A stretch of DNA of 64,000 nt from Vitrella brassicaformis CCMP3155 (Eukaryota; Protista; Chromerida), in the NCBI GenBank assembly GCA_001179505.1, contig CDMY01000989.1, forward strand, positions 1 through 64,000, in the 5' to 3' direction. Under the pieces are notes generated by a model. That model was given only the letters and a program-made list of their open reading frames with translations. It was not told where the DNA came from and did no database searches. Of this stretch, positions 11,239 to 23,080 are shown piece after piece; position 1 is the stretch's first letter, and every line of letters begins with the position of its first letter. The translations under genes and the position numbers were made by a program.

Positions 11239-14200
11239 GTGTGCCGATTTGGCGCATGTACACATGCATTCGGATCATTGCATGCAGGCGACGGTTGAGA
11301 GGATGGAGCACGAGAAGCGGCTAGCAGAGCAGGACGAGCGCATCCGTGAGATCCTGGAAGAGGTGCTCTTCTCGAATGTGCCGCAGGGCATGGCCAAGTC
11401 GACCCGCGGCGGGCTGCTGCCCACCAACGTCGACGAGACCCAACTCATGGTCAAAGGGTGGGCGGGGCGCAGAAGAGACGCACCTCCAGGGGAAGAGGAT
11501 GAGCAGCTCGCGGTTGACACGGTGCTTATCACCTATGTCCCGGAGAACAGCGACCTGCGCTTCAACCTCACTTATCGCATCGATCCGACCACAAGACTCC
11601 ATGACCTCAGAATAGGTACGTCCACATATTCCGTTTGACTGTCTGTCTGCCCGTGGTGTGTGCAGATGCGTGCAAATATTGGGGGATCAGTGAGGTGGAT
11701 TATGTTTTGAAGAACGAGGCCAACTCGAAGGCGCCCGACTCGGGCGCCGTCTCGTCTTTCTTCCGCGACGCAGAGATGGCCCGGCTCTACCTGGTCAAAA
11801 AGGACACACAGCAGACCAAGCTCAGCGAGGCCGAGCAGAAGGCCGTACAGATACGCAGGGGGGGCAGAATCGGTCTCGGCTTGGCCACAGAGAGGGGCGG
11901 ACAGGGAGGTGGGGAGGGAGACAAGAAGCGCGGCATGGGTGTGACGATGCTGGGCTCGACGATGCTGGGCTCCACTGGCCCAGCGCCGAGCAGCATCGAC
12001 TACCACGAGGTGGCGAAGCAGTTCCCCGGGCTGCTGCAGGTGCTCAAGGTGCACGATATGGGCCCCTCCTACCACCTGGAGAAGATCACACCCCCAGACA
12101 TATGCGCTGTGCTTGCCTTGCTCACCATCTGCCTCGTTCTTTTCATCATGCAAAATCCTCCAGGTAGGTATTCGAAAATTGAGAGACCACGAGAGAGAGA
12201 AAGAGAGAGAGAGAGAGACATGGCCACGTATACTGTTTGTTTGCTTGTCTGATGCAGGTGCGTCGTTTTGGTTGCTGTCTGGTATGAGTGCCACCTTGCT
12301 GGAGCCGCGGTACGAGTCGGAGCTGGACAGCTGGACGCCCTCGTTCAGGTCCATCGGCCGCGGGGGGGATGCACTGCGGTGGCTCAACCAGTCACTGGCA
12401 TACGCCCTCTTCGACGATACATCTGACTTCAGACGGTCAGTCAGTTTGACCAATGTGGGGTCTCTCGGAGGCAATCAGGTAGGTGCCTATGTCCGTGTGC
12501 AGTTTCAATTCAGCTCCTGGATTCTTGAGACTGAGGCAGCAGCGGGTGAGCAGGCAAGGCAAGGGACATCCACACACAGAGGCCGACAAGAATGCTAGTC
12601 TGTGTGCGGGCCTGTACGTGTAGGTGAAGTCTGAATCGTGCGAGCGCACCGACATGGAGCCCGTTGTGGCTGCTGACGGTATGCCTGCATAAACATTGGA
12701 GAGGATTCTCTTCCCTTCTTCCGTCTCTTCACCTGTTTGCCTTTGTTTGGCAGGATGTTATCCCGCCCTGGTATCATCGGCCACCCGGGAGACGGCAGAC
12801 ATATCGTCCGTCGCTGGTGTGCCAGTACAGCCACGATGCGTCCTCTCCACTGGCACTCAAATCGACTGCGGAGACCCTGCAACATTTGTCGACGCAAAGG
12901 TAGTAGAAATAGACGAAGACACAGAGATGAGTGAGTGTCTCTCTCTCTTCCTCTCTCCCTTATGCGCGTGTGCCGACCATCAGGCCAATTCCAAGGACCA
13001 TCGTGTGTCGTCCTTGCAGGGTCGTGTGCAGCGATATGACGCGAGCGGGTACCAGACGGACGTGCCGATCATCGTTGGCGACACGGACACGTCCTCCACT
13101 CCTGCAGACTTCACACAGTGAGTGGCTCACATGTAGTCATCAAGCGTTGGTTTCATTTGTGTGTGGTGGAGTATAAATATCCTCGCAGGCATCTGACGAA
13201 CCTAGTGGATGCCAAGTGGGTCGACGTGTCCACACGGATGCTGCTGGCGGAGTTCTCCGCCTACAATGGCAACTTCGACAGATGGTGCGTGCAGTGCAGT
13301 GCAGTGCAGACCTGCCTGCGTGACCCAAGACACACAACAACCACATCTGCATATCTCTGTGTGCGTGTTCCATGTGTTTGTGTGCGTGTGCAGGCTGTCA
13401 TTTCAGTTTCTGTTTGAGCTGTCACCGTCGCACTCCGCCCTGCCCACAGCACGCATATTCCCACTCAGAGTAAAGCAATGCGACACAAACACAATGATCC
13501 ACATGTGGATCATTCCTCGATGATGGTTGGCAGTTGCACACGGCGGAGACGTACAGTGAGAATTTCATCATGTTCATGGACTACCTGCGGCTGGTGCTGG
13601 TGCTCTATGTGGGCCTCTTCATGATACCCAAGGGCGTCAGACACAAACACAGACACAAAAAGGCCGGTGCGTTCAACCTCAACACACTCCCACACAGTCC
13701 ACCCATCCATCGATTCTCTATGTGTGTATGTGGTCGATCAGGCTACCTGCATTTCCTCACTGTGGACGGTCTGGTGGACACGGCGACGGTGCTTTTGTTC
13801 TTCATCACGTTCCTCTCCCGGCTGGTGGTCTTTCAGCGCCGGTCGCTCAAGTCGAAAGAAGTCATCAAACAAATGAAAGAATCATTCCAAAGCTGGTCAA
13901 TCAGAATCCGAGAGTTGGGAGTGTGCGTGTTGAGCGGTGTGTGTGTGTGTGCAGGTCAGAGATGGGCGCCTTATATGATTCGATGAACATCCTGGAGGGC
14001 CTCTTGGTGCTCTGTCTGCTCATACGCATTGTCACATTCTTCAGACTCGCGAGACCGGTGTGTGTATGCAGCGGGTGCCCATGGACTGCGCGCACACTCC
14101 CTGTGTGTCGCTCTCTATCTCTGTCTGTGTTTAGGTGTATCTGTTGTGGCGTGTGTTGGGTCGCGCCATTCCCCAGTACATCTACTTCGCCTTTGTCTTC

Positions 14201-15069
14201 CTGCCCGTCTTCATGGGATTCGTCTTCGCCGCACACGCCATTTGGGTACACACAACACACCGTGCGCAGAGGAAAACAGAGAGGCAGCAAAAGGCACACA
14301 GTGACATCCATCCATCCATCCACTCTCTCTCTCTCTCTCTGTCTTAATGACAGGGTCCTTATCTCGAGTCCTTCGAGAGTTTTGGTCGATCGTTCATCTC
14401 ACTCATGATGTTCCTCAATGGGTCAGTGAGAGAGAGAGTGAGGGAGAGACGGATACTGAGAAGGGACCGAACAGGGGATGTATCGATGTGTTTTGTGCCG
14501 GTCTGCTGTCTGTCTGGTGTATTTGTCAGCAATCTGAATCTGCGTCCTCTGCATGATGTCCAGCAGTACTGGACGGCCGTCTTCGTGGTCAGACACACAC
14601 ACACACACACAGAGACAGAGAGAGAGAGAGAGACTCAAAGATTGAAAAGGTGACTGTGTGTGTTTTGTGTGCGCAGTTGCTCTTTTTCGTCGTTGTGTCC
14701 CTTCTGCTGGTCAATGTGTTCATCGCAATCATGGTCGACGCACAATACACAGTCCGCATCACTGACGGTCAGCCAACCACACAGACAGGCACCCAGCCAT
14801 CCAGCCACATCATTACATGGTCCATTTGTGGGCGTGCAGATGGTCAGGAGGTGTCCAAGTACCGCTGGGGGGTGAGGGAGTGGATCAACTGGATGTTTCC
14901 CACCTTCATCGCGGGTGTCATGATCGACTACCTCGCACCCCTCATCCCCGGCCTGCAGACCGACAAGCAGCCTCCACATGTGAGGCAGACAGGCAACAGG
15001 GCGACACAGAGAGAGGGCGGACACGCAGACACGACAGAGTGGGACAGAGAGGGGGGAGAGGAGGAATGA
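10942..15069 (+). CDS. Polycystin-2 (PKD2/TRPP)-like cation channel with an N-terminal coiled coil; 3' end approximate
   Basis: Exons give a coiled coil, a first TM (ICAVLALLTICLVLF), a TOP-domain motif (LVDAKWVDVSTRMLLAEFSAYNGNFD, FLFELSP), and further TMs (YLRLVLVLYVGLF, LEGLLVLCLLIRIVTFFRL, YIYFAFVFLPVFMGFVFAAHAIW, FFVVVSLLLVNVFIAIMVDAQY), typical of PKD_channel proteins. Confidence 0.8.
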
Positions 15070-15450
15070 ATGACACTACCTACACATGGGGGGTTGGGGG
15101 CCTGTGTGTGTAGTTGGTGTCTTGTGTGTGCGAGCGTTTGTAGTTAGGGCATATGTGTGTATGCGATGGATGGTCTGGTGCGACGGTATGTATGTGTCTG
15201 TCTGGGTGATAGATAGCCAGCCGTGTCGACGTGATTTCCATAACGTTGCACTCAGGTCGCGTCTCTAGGCCACGCACACACGCACGACGGACGTCCACTG
15301 GACATCCGGTGTGGGTCCTGTCTCTCTCCTCTCACACCACACCATCTCCCCCCAATATGTACACATACGCAATCGCACACATGTATACACACAACAGCTA
15401 AGCAAAGCTATGCTAGGGTAATTAAGGGCATCAACCCATCCAATGGTCAC

Positions 15451-17053
15451 TCATTCGTCCTGCAGCTTCGCCTCCACCTGTCGCCGCACCTGCATGATAA
15501 CACATACCACACCACCACACAGGCCAATGAGGCTGTTTCCTGTCTGCCTGTCTGTCTGTGGGTGTTACGAATTCGAGTGAAGATCTATCGAGTTCATTGA
15601 TAAGGGCTAAGACAGCACACAGGATGTTGTCATTCCGCGATGTGGCAGACGGGGGGGCCACCACACCTGAACGAATGCAGCACCCCGCCAGCCCAACGAC
15701 ACAACACATTCTCTGACCATTCATGTGGCTCATTCCTGCACCATCTCTCACCGGCGCTCGCGTGTCTGCCTATTTGGTGTCGTCTGCCCGGGTGTTGCGC
15801 AGCTGCTCTTTCAGCCCTGCTCTTCTGCCGCTCACCCACACCCACAGCTGCAGCTGCTGCAGCAGCAGGAGGGCCGCCAGGAGAAACAGAGGGAAACACG
15901 GCATCGCTCAAGCTGCGATGCTCTGAATGACGGAAACAAACACGCACACAGAGATTGCGTCCCGGGTCTTTTTGTGTGTATGTTGCATGCATGACTGACC
16001 TCTTTCCAGTTTCTGCACGTTTGTCGGCAGGGGTGAGGGCGAGGGCGATGATGTGGGCACCCGCCCGCCCTCTCGCTCCCGCACACCACCGGCCCTGTTG
16101 CCTTTGCTGTCCACAGCAGCGGCATCCGCACCATCTGCCACATACCACCAGCCACCTTACACATCACCGCACTGACGGGCACCTGTGTTCTTGTCTGTCG
16201 TACCGGTGCGTTCGGGTGTTTGTCGCTGCACGGCACCGCCCCCGGCCCCGTTGGGCAGACCACCACCACCACCAGCGGCCTGTGATGACCCGACCACATC
16301 GGGGAGGTCGGATGGGGGCGTGAAGGTGCGGAATGCGTTGTCCCGGGCTAATGCAGCGGCCTCCTCACGCTCCTCTGCCGACACATCTGCAGCCCATGGA
16401 CACACACAGTGCGCGCGTGTGTGTGTCTGTGTGTGTCGTGCCTTTGCTGTCGAGTTTGGTGAGAGTGGGTAGGCAGTGGATGACGAACGGCCGATACAAC
16501 ACGTCACGCGAGCAGGGATTGTCGCTCAACCTATCGCACGCAGCCGACAGACAGCAGAGAACAAGACACAAGGACCCTGTGCGTGTGTGTCATCTTGCGT
16601 GTGTGTGTGTTACTCACCACAGGACGCGCAGATTGGTGAGGGTCTGGAGGTAGTACAGTTCGCCCAGATCCACTATGTCGTTCTTGCGAAGATACAGCTC
16701 AGCCAACCGCGGACCTGACGCACTCACAGCAAGAGAGCCACACATCTCCTCGACGAGACTCAGTGCATGTGTGTGTATTGCTACACTGTGCGAAGTCTTT
16801 GAGCGAGGCGATGCGGTTGACCGACAGCGAGAGCACCTCAATGTTCTTCAAACGACTCAACACCGACACCTGCAACCACAACCAATCACACGGCATGCAT
16901 GCATCGAAATGATGAGTGCGCCTTTCTTCCCCTCCATCCCGCCCATCTCTCTCTGTGGCTCACGTCGTGTATGTCATTTCCCCAGAGGTTGAGGTTTCTG
17001 ACGTTGGCGAGGCTGTCCACTTTGGCCCTCGCGAGGATCAGCTCCTCAGTCAT
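15451..17053 (-). CDS. CFAP410: CFAP410/C21orf2-like ciliary leucine-rich repeat protein
   Basis: MTEELILARAKVDSLANVRNLNLWGNDIHD/VSVLSRLKNIEVLSLSVNRIASL, LAELYLRKNDI, LRVLW/L.DNPC, YRPFVIHCLPTLTKLD, and the C-terminal NDNILCAVLALINELDRSSLEF/VRRQVEAKLQDE*. Confidence 0.88.
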
Positions 17054-17174
17054 CGTCGAGCCTGACGTACGCATCATGACGCTCCAGTTTTTAAAAGCTC
17101 GCTGCCGCGGGGGCCACAGGGGGCCGCAGTCTTTCCGAGTCGAGCTGCAGTGGCTGGTAAACAGTCGACCACCG

Positions 17175-18159
17175 ATGTTCGGGGAGGTCTGCTTCCGCAG
17201 CAATGTACAAACAAGCCGACATACTGATTGTGTGATGGCTGTGTCCGTCAGGACGACATCTTCGAGGCTGTGGACAAAGGCGATTTGCTAGGCGTCACGC
17301 AGCTCCTCGACAAGCACGGCAAGGAGATGTTGGACACACGAGACGAAGATTCACTCGGCAAGGTAGGCAAATGTGAAGACAGACATGCCTTCCCTTTCAA
17401 TGTTCATTCCTGTGTGTGAAGTACACGCCCTTCATCACGGCTGCATTGAAAGGGCACGTTGAGATCATGGAGGTCATGTATGACAGCTACGGCCCGTCGA
17501 TACTGCAGCAAAAGACCGACGTACCACCACATCCAGAAATATATGCATCTGGTGATGGGATGTTCTGTGCGGTTGTGGACTGCAGACCGGTGCCACTGCC
17601 CTGCACGCGGCTGCATGGGGAAAGAATCTTGCAGCTGTCAATCAGCTGCTGGCGTGGGATCCCAAGCTGATCGACGGACGCAGCAACGCAAGAAAATACA
17701 CATTTCTCCAATGGGCTGTCGTGTGTCGATTGTTTGTTTGTCAATGCAGACCAAGCGGACAGCCTTCCACGAGGCTGCCGACCGCAATGCTGTTGATGTG
17801 ATGAAGGTCATCCACGCCATCAAAGGCAACAAAGTGAAGGAGCTCCTCGCAGAGACGGACAACGTGAGACGCATACACAGGGAGGGAAGGACACACACAT
17901 AGTGTCTCTCTCGTGTGACGTGTCAGGGCGGAAACACGGCACTGCATATGGCTGTCACCTATCGCGATAATCTGGCTGCTGCGGCTCAGCTGTGCGAGTG
18001 GAGCGGTGGTCAGCTGCTGGACATCAAAAACAACGAGGTAAGTCCACACAAGTCTGTGTCATCGGTGATCGTGACCGATGGCAACAGGGTGTGACGCCGT
18101 GGGATATGGCGGCAGAGAAGCCCAAAATGAGAAAGGCCATCGAGAAATACAAACAGTAA
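17175..18159 (+). CDS. Small ankyrin-repeat protein, tandem copy A (7 exons)
   Basis: MFGE/DDIFEAVDKGDL/YTPFITAALKGH/TGATALHAAAWG/TKRTAFHEAA/GGNTALHMAV/GVTPWDMA...KYKQ*. The intron-4 donor is GC (17688) where the paralogs have GT. Confidence 0.8.
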
Positions 18160-18356
18160 ACCGATCGTCAGCGCTGTGGGTGCGGGTTGCGTGGCGTGGG
18201 GCGTCTAGTCTGTGTGTCGGTGTCAGATCGGGAAGCTCGCCTGGGTTTCAGGGGGCTGGCGTCTCCTCAAGTTCGGAGCAACCTGAAGACTTGCAGTCTT
18301 GTCCAGCAAGGGTGCTGGAGGACTGGAGCGCCAGCACTGTGTAACAAAACGACATA

Positions 18357-19311
18357 ATGATTGTGTCGTGGCTGTGTCCGCAGGACGACATCTTCGAGCC
18401 CGTCACTAAGGGCAGCGTCCCTGCTGTTATTCAGCTCATCGACAAGCACGGCAAGAAGATATTGGAGACACGACACGAAGATACAGGCGCCAAGGTATGC
18501 AACCGTGAAGATGACAGAAGTACAAGTCTTCCCTTTCTGTCTTCTCCCATTCCTCGCATTCCGTGTCAGGCCACGCCGTTCATTGTGGCCGCACGGTGGG
18601 GGTACGTTGCCATCATGAATATCATGTACATTCGTTACGGCCCGTCGATACTGCAGCAGCGAGACAACGTACTGACACAGCCGAATATCCGTTTATCCAT
18701 GCTTGATCCATGCTGCTCGTGGACTACAGACCAATGCCAGTGCCCTGCACTGGGCTGCATTCTACATGCATCTCGAGGTCGTCAATCAGCTGCTGGTGTG
18801 GGATCCCAAGCTGATCGACGCACGCAACGATGTACGAGAACACATGTCACCGATGGCCTGCCGTGAGTCGACTCTATGCATGTCGAATCCAGACAAAGCA
18901 GACGGCCTTCCACAAGGCTACCGAGTCTGATGCTGTTGACGTGATGAAGGCCATGCACGCCATCAAAGGCAATGCCCTCCTCACAGAAACGGACAATGTG
19001 AGACGCAAAGAAAAGGGGAGGACACAGAATGTCTCTCATATGTATGTGTAAACACACAAGAATGAAGACACGGCTCTGCATCGGGCTATCGACTGCGGGA
19101 AATCAGCTGCTGCGGCTCAGCTGTGCGAGTGGGGCGGTCCTCAGCTGCTGCACATCAGAAATAACAAAGTAAGTCCGCTCAAGTGCGTTCATCATCGATT
19201 GTTTTGCGTAATGTGACCATCTCATGACAACAGGGTGTGACGCCGTGGGATATGTCGGCTGAGATGCCCACAATGCGAAAGGCCATCGAGAAATACATGT
19301 ACACACAGTAA
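18357..19311 (+). CDS. Ankyrin-repeat protein, tandem copy B; ancestral exon 1 degraded, in-frame ATG inside former intron 1
   Basis: Exons 2-7 are intact with GT-AG junctions. The exon-1 equivalent reads caagggtgctggaggactgg versus caatggtgagggaggtctgg in copy D (ATG and donor lost). ATG 18357 runs in frame into DDIFEP. Confidence 0.7.
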
Positions 19312-19390
19312 AGGAATTGTCAAAGCAGGAGCGCCAGCGCTTTACAAACAGCCGACATGATAATTGTGTGATCGCTGTTTCCGCAGGGCG

Positions 19391-20328
19391 ATGTCGATCT
19401 TCGAGGCTGTGGACAAAGGCGATCTGCTGGGTGTCACGCAGATCCTCGACAAGCACGGCAAGGAGATGTTGGACACACGAGACGAAGAGCTCGGAGTATG
19501 TCACCGTGAAAACGTGAAATGCCTTCTCCTTCAATGTTCTCCCTTTCCTACTTGCGTCAGGCCACGCCGTTCATTGAGGCTGCGGCGAAAGGGCACGTTG
19601 CCATCATGAAGGTCATGTACGATCGCTACGGTTCGTCCATACTGCAGCAACGAGACAACGTACCGACACAGCCAAATATCCATCCGTCGATGCTGCTGTG
19701 GTGATGAGATGTCTTGTGCTGTCGCGGACTGCAGAATGGTAGGACTGCGCTGCACTGGGCTGCATGGGGAAAGAAGCTTGCAGCTGTCAATCAGCTGCTG
19801 GCGTGGGATCCCAAGCTGATCGACGCACGAAGCAATGTAAGCGAGCACATGTCTCCGATGGGCTCTCGTGTGTCGATTGTATGCATGTCGAATTCGGAGC
19901 AAGCAGACAGTCTTCTACACGGCTGTCCAAAGGGAGGCGGTTGACGTGATGAAGGCTGTGCGCGCCATCAAAGGCAACAAACAAAAGGAGCTCCTTACAG
20001 AGACGGGCTATGTGAGACACACATACGGGTGGACTACGTACATGTACAAAATGTCTCCTTGTATGTGTGATGCGTCAGGACGGAAAGACGGCGCTGCATG
20101 TGGCTGCTTCCTGGGGTAGACCGGATGCTGCGGTTCAGCTGCTGGAGTGGGGCGGTTCTCAGGGTTCTCAGTTGCTGGACACCAAGAACGACGAGGTAAG
20201 TCCACCCTTCACCATGTCCTCTCTTCACCATCGATGATCGTGACGTATGACAACAGGGTGTGACGCCGTGGGATATGACGGCCGAGAAGCCCAAAATGAG
20301 AAAGGCCATCGAGAAATACAAACAGTAG
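19391..20328 (+). pseudogene. Ankyrin-repeat copy C; new ATG at 19391, exon-5 acceptor apparently mutated (possible pseudogene)
   Basis: MSIFEAVDKGDL..., ATPFIEAAAKGH, NGRTALHWAAWG, DGKTALHVAA, GVTPWDMT...KYKQ*. The acceptor atccag of copy B is attcgg here, and the flanking exons lie in different frames. Confidence 0.55.
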
Positions 20329-20626
20329 AGGAATCGTCAGCGTTGTGGGTGCGGGGTGCGTGGCGTGGGGCGTCTAGTCTGTGTGTCGGTATGGAGATAG
20401 GACAGTGGTATACACCAAGGGATAGGCTGTGTGACGTGACTGTGTGTCTGCGGACTGGTCACCTTGGTTGCTTGCATGGGCGTCTCTCGAAGACAGAGAC
20501 TCGGCAGCAGAGGTCTCTGTGCTTTGGGGAAGACAGATGCTCTGCACTGGTTTGTTGGACGAAGGAAAAAACCACAGAGGTACCTGATTCAATTTGTCGT
20601 TCACACCTGTGGTGGCTGGTTGGTCA

Positions 20627-21071
20627 TCATAGGACGCGCAGATTGGTGAGGTTCTGAAGGTAGTATAGTTCGCCCAGATTCACTATGTCATTCTTGCGAA
20701 GATACAGCTCGGCCAACCGCGGACCTGACACACACACAGCAGAAGATCCACACCTCTCCTCGACGAGTGCATGTGTGCGTATTGTTACACTGTGCAAAGT
20801 CTTTGAGCGAGGCGATGCGGTTGACCGACAGCGAGAGCACCTCAATGTTCTTCAAACGACTCAACACCGACACCTGCAACCACAACCAATCGCACGGCAT
20901 GCATGCATCGAAATAGATGTGCAGTGCGCCAAAGTTTCTTCCCCTCCATCCCGCCCATCTCTCCGTGTGGCTCACGTCGTGTATGTCATTTCCCCAAAGG
21001 TTGAGGTTTCTGACGTTGGCGAGGCTGTCCACTTTGGCCCTCGCGAGCATCAGCTCCTCCGAGTCAGTCAC
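20627..21071 (-). pseudogene. CFAP410: Truncated CFAP410 duplicate (first three exons only)
   Basis: Near-identical to 16620-17053, but the start ATG is GTG (21071) and the Trp codon before the third donor is TGA (LRVL*). No downstream exons follow. Confidence 0.85.
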
Positions 21072-21150
21072 CGTCGAGGTGGGGGCGGAGGGGGGCTGCA
21101 GTCTCAGTGACACCCTCGAGTCCCAGCCGCATGCCAGTGCTTGTCCAGCA

Positions 21151-22142
21151 ATGGTGAGGGAGGTCTGGAGCCCCAGCACTGAACAAACAGCCCACAGCTT
21201 GTGTGATGGCTGTGTCCGTCAGGACGACATCTTCGAGGCTGTCAACGATGGCAATTTGCTGCGTGTCACGCAGCTAATCGACAAGCGAGGCAAGAAGATA
21301 TTGGACACACGAGACGAAGATTCCTTCACCAAGGTAGGCAACTGTAAAAGGTCGCCTTTCTGTGCTTTCCCATTCCTGCACTCTCCATTCCTTTGACTGC
21401 AGTTCACGCCCGTCATTGAGGCTGCAGAGGAGGGGAAAGTTGACATCATGAAGGTCATGTACGAGCGGTACGGCCCGTCGATACTGCAGCAACGAGACAC
21501 GGTACCACCACAGCCAAATGCCCATGCATGGCCATGGTGATGATATGTCTTGTGCTGTCGTGGACTGCAGGGTGGTGAAAGCGCCCTGCATTGGGCTGCA
21601 TTCTGCAAGCAGCTTGCAGCTGTCAATCAGCTGCTGGCGTGGGATCCCAAGCTGATCGACGCACGCGACAGAGTAAGAAAGTACATGTACACATATCTCC
21701 GATGGGCTGTCGTGTGTCGATTGAATGCACATTGTATGCAGACCAAGCGGACAGCCTTCCACGCGGCCGCCGACCATGATGCTGTTGATGTGATGAAGGC
21801 CATGTGCGCCATCAAAGGCAAAGACCTCCTCACAGAGACGGACGACGTGAGACACACACAGGGGGACTTGCATGTATATGGTGTCTCTCTTGCATACGTC
21901 AGAATGGAGACACGGCACTGCATGTTGCCCTCACTATGGGTCATTTGGCTGCTGCGGCTCAGCTGCTGGAGTGGGGCGGTCCACAGCTGCTGGAAATCAA
22001 GAACGACGAGGTAAGTCCACCTTCACCATGTCCTCTCTTCACCATCGATGATCGTGACGGATGGCAACAGGGTGTGACGCCGTGGGATATGACGGCCGAG
22101 AAGCCCAAAATGAGAAAGGCCATCGAGAAATACAAACAGTAG
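21151..22142 (+). CDS. Ankyrin-repeat protein, tandem copy D (intact, 7 exons)
   Basis: MVRE/DDIFEAVNDGNL/FTPVIEAAEEGK/GGESALHWAAF/TKRTAFHAAA/NGDTALHVAL/GVTPWDMT...KYKQ*, with canonical junctions. Confidence 0.85.
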
Positions 22143-22440
22143 AGGAATCGTCAAGGCCGCGCTCTGTCTGTGTGTCGGCGTCATATAGCACCAGGGGTAT
22201 CTATCCTTCACGGGATAGGTTGTGTGACGTGACTGTATGTGTGGAGTGGTCACCTTGGTTGCTGCATGGGCGTCTCTCGAAGCCAGAGACTCATGCAGCT
22301 GAGGTCCGTGCGTGGGGGGAAGACAGATAATCTGCACTGATGAAGGGAACAATCACAGAGCTGTCTGACTGTCCGTTCACACATGCAAACATGCAATTTG
22401 TCAGTCCCGCCACCTCCAAGCCTGTCTGTCGGGGCCGAAA

Positions 22441-23080
22441 GACGCAAAAGACGCCAACGCACCATTAAACCCACAGGATGGATAAAAGAGTCGAAAGAAA
22501 AGAGGCCAGCGATGCACAGTCAGGGCCAAAAAACACCCTAACGACACGCACAACCGCCTACATGGGACCAGCCAGCTTTCACTCTGTCAGCTTATACACA
22601 TGCACACCACGATCCGAGAATATAAATGTCTTCTCCTCGACACAGTCGCCTTCGATCGTCCATCAGGGCTCCGCTGTCGCGTAATACTTGTCGAGCACCG
22701 CCAACACAACAGACTGAAACAGACACACAGACTTGGGAACGGCTCACATCTATGAGACGGCCCTGCCAACTGAGGGCAGAAAAAGAAAAGGCCCGTCAGA
22801 TCGGTCGGCGACCCCACACGCAAAAGACACCAACGCACCATTATCAATGAAATAGTTCAAAGCGTCGAAACGAAAGAGGCCAGCGATGCACAATAAGGGC
22901 CAAAAAGCACCCTAACGACACGCACAACCGCCTACATGAGACCAGCCAGGTTTCACTCTATCAGCTCTACACACGTGCACACGACGATCCGACAATATAA
23001 ATGTCTTCTCAACACAGTCGTCCATCAGGGCTCCGTTGTCGCGTAATACTTGTTAAGCACCTCCAACACACTCGACTGGA
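22441..23080. repeat. Diverged tandem direct repeat (about 270 bp x2) containing the serine hydrolase terminal exon and 3' flank
   Basis: 22441-22715 aligns by eye with 22817-23080 (e.g. ccctaacgacacgcacaaccgcctacatg in both). On the minus strand they encode VLAVLDKYYATAEP* and VLEVLNKYYATTEP*. Confidence 0.85.

Noticed and set aside
15396-15403. AGCTAAGC core near the convergent PKD2/CFAP410 ends
   Set aside because: Only 8 of 13 bases match and it is not upstream of any start codon, so it is compatible with chance.
16890-16905. TGCATGCA (known apicomplexan ApiAP2-type motif)
   Set aside because: It occurs repeatedly inside introns and coding regions throughout the window with no evident upstream bias.
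17175-22142. Repeated units resembling a CRISPR array or mobile-element repeats
   Set aside because: The units are about 1-kb spliced ankyrin genes, with no short repeat-spacer structure, terminal inverted repeats or transposase.
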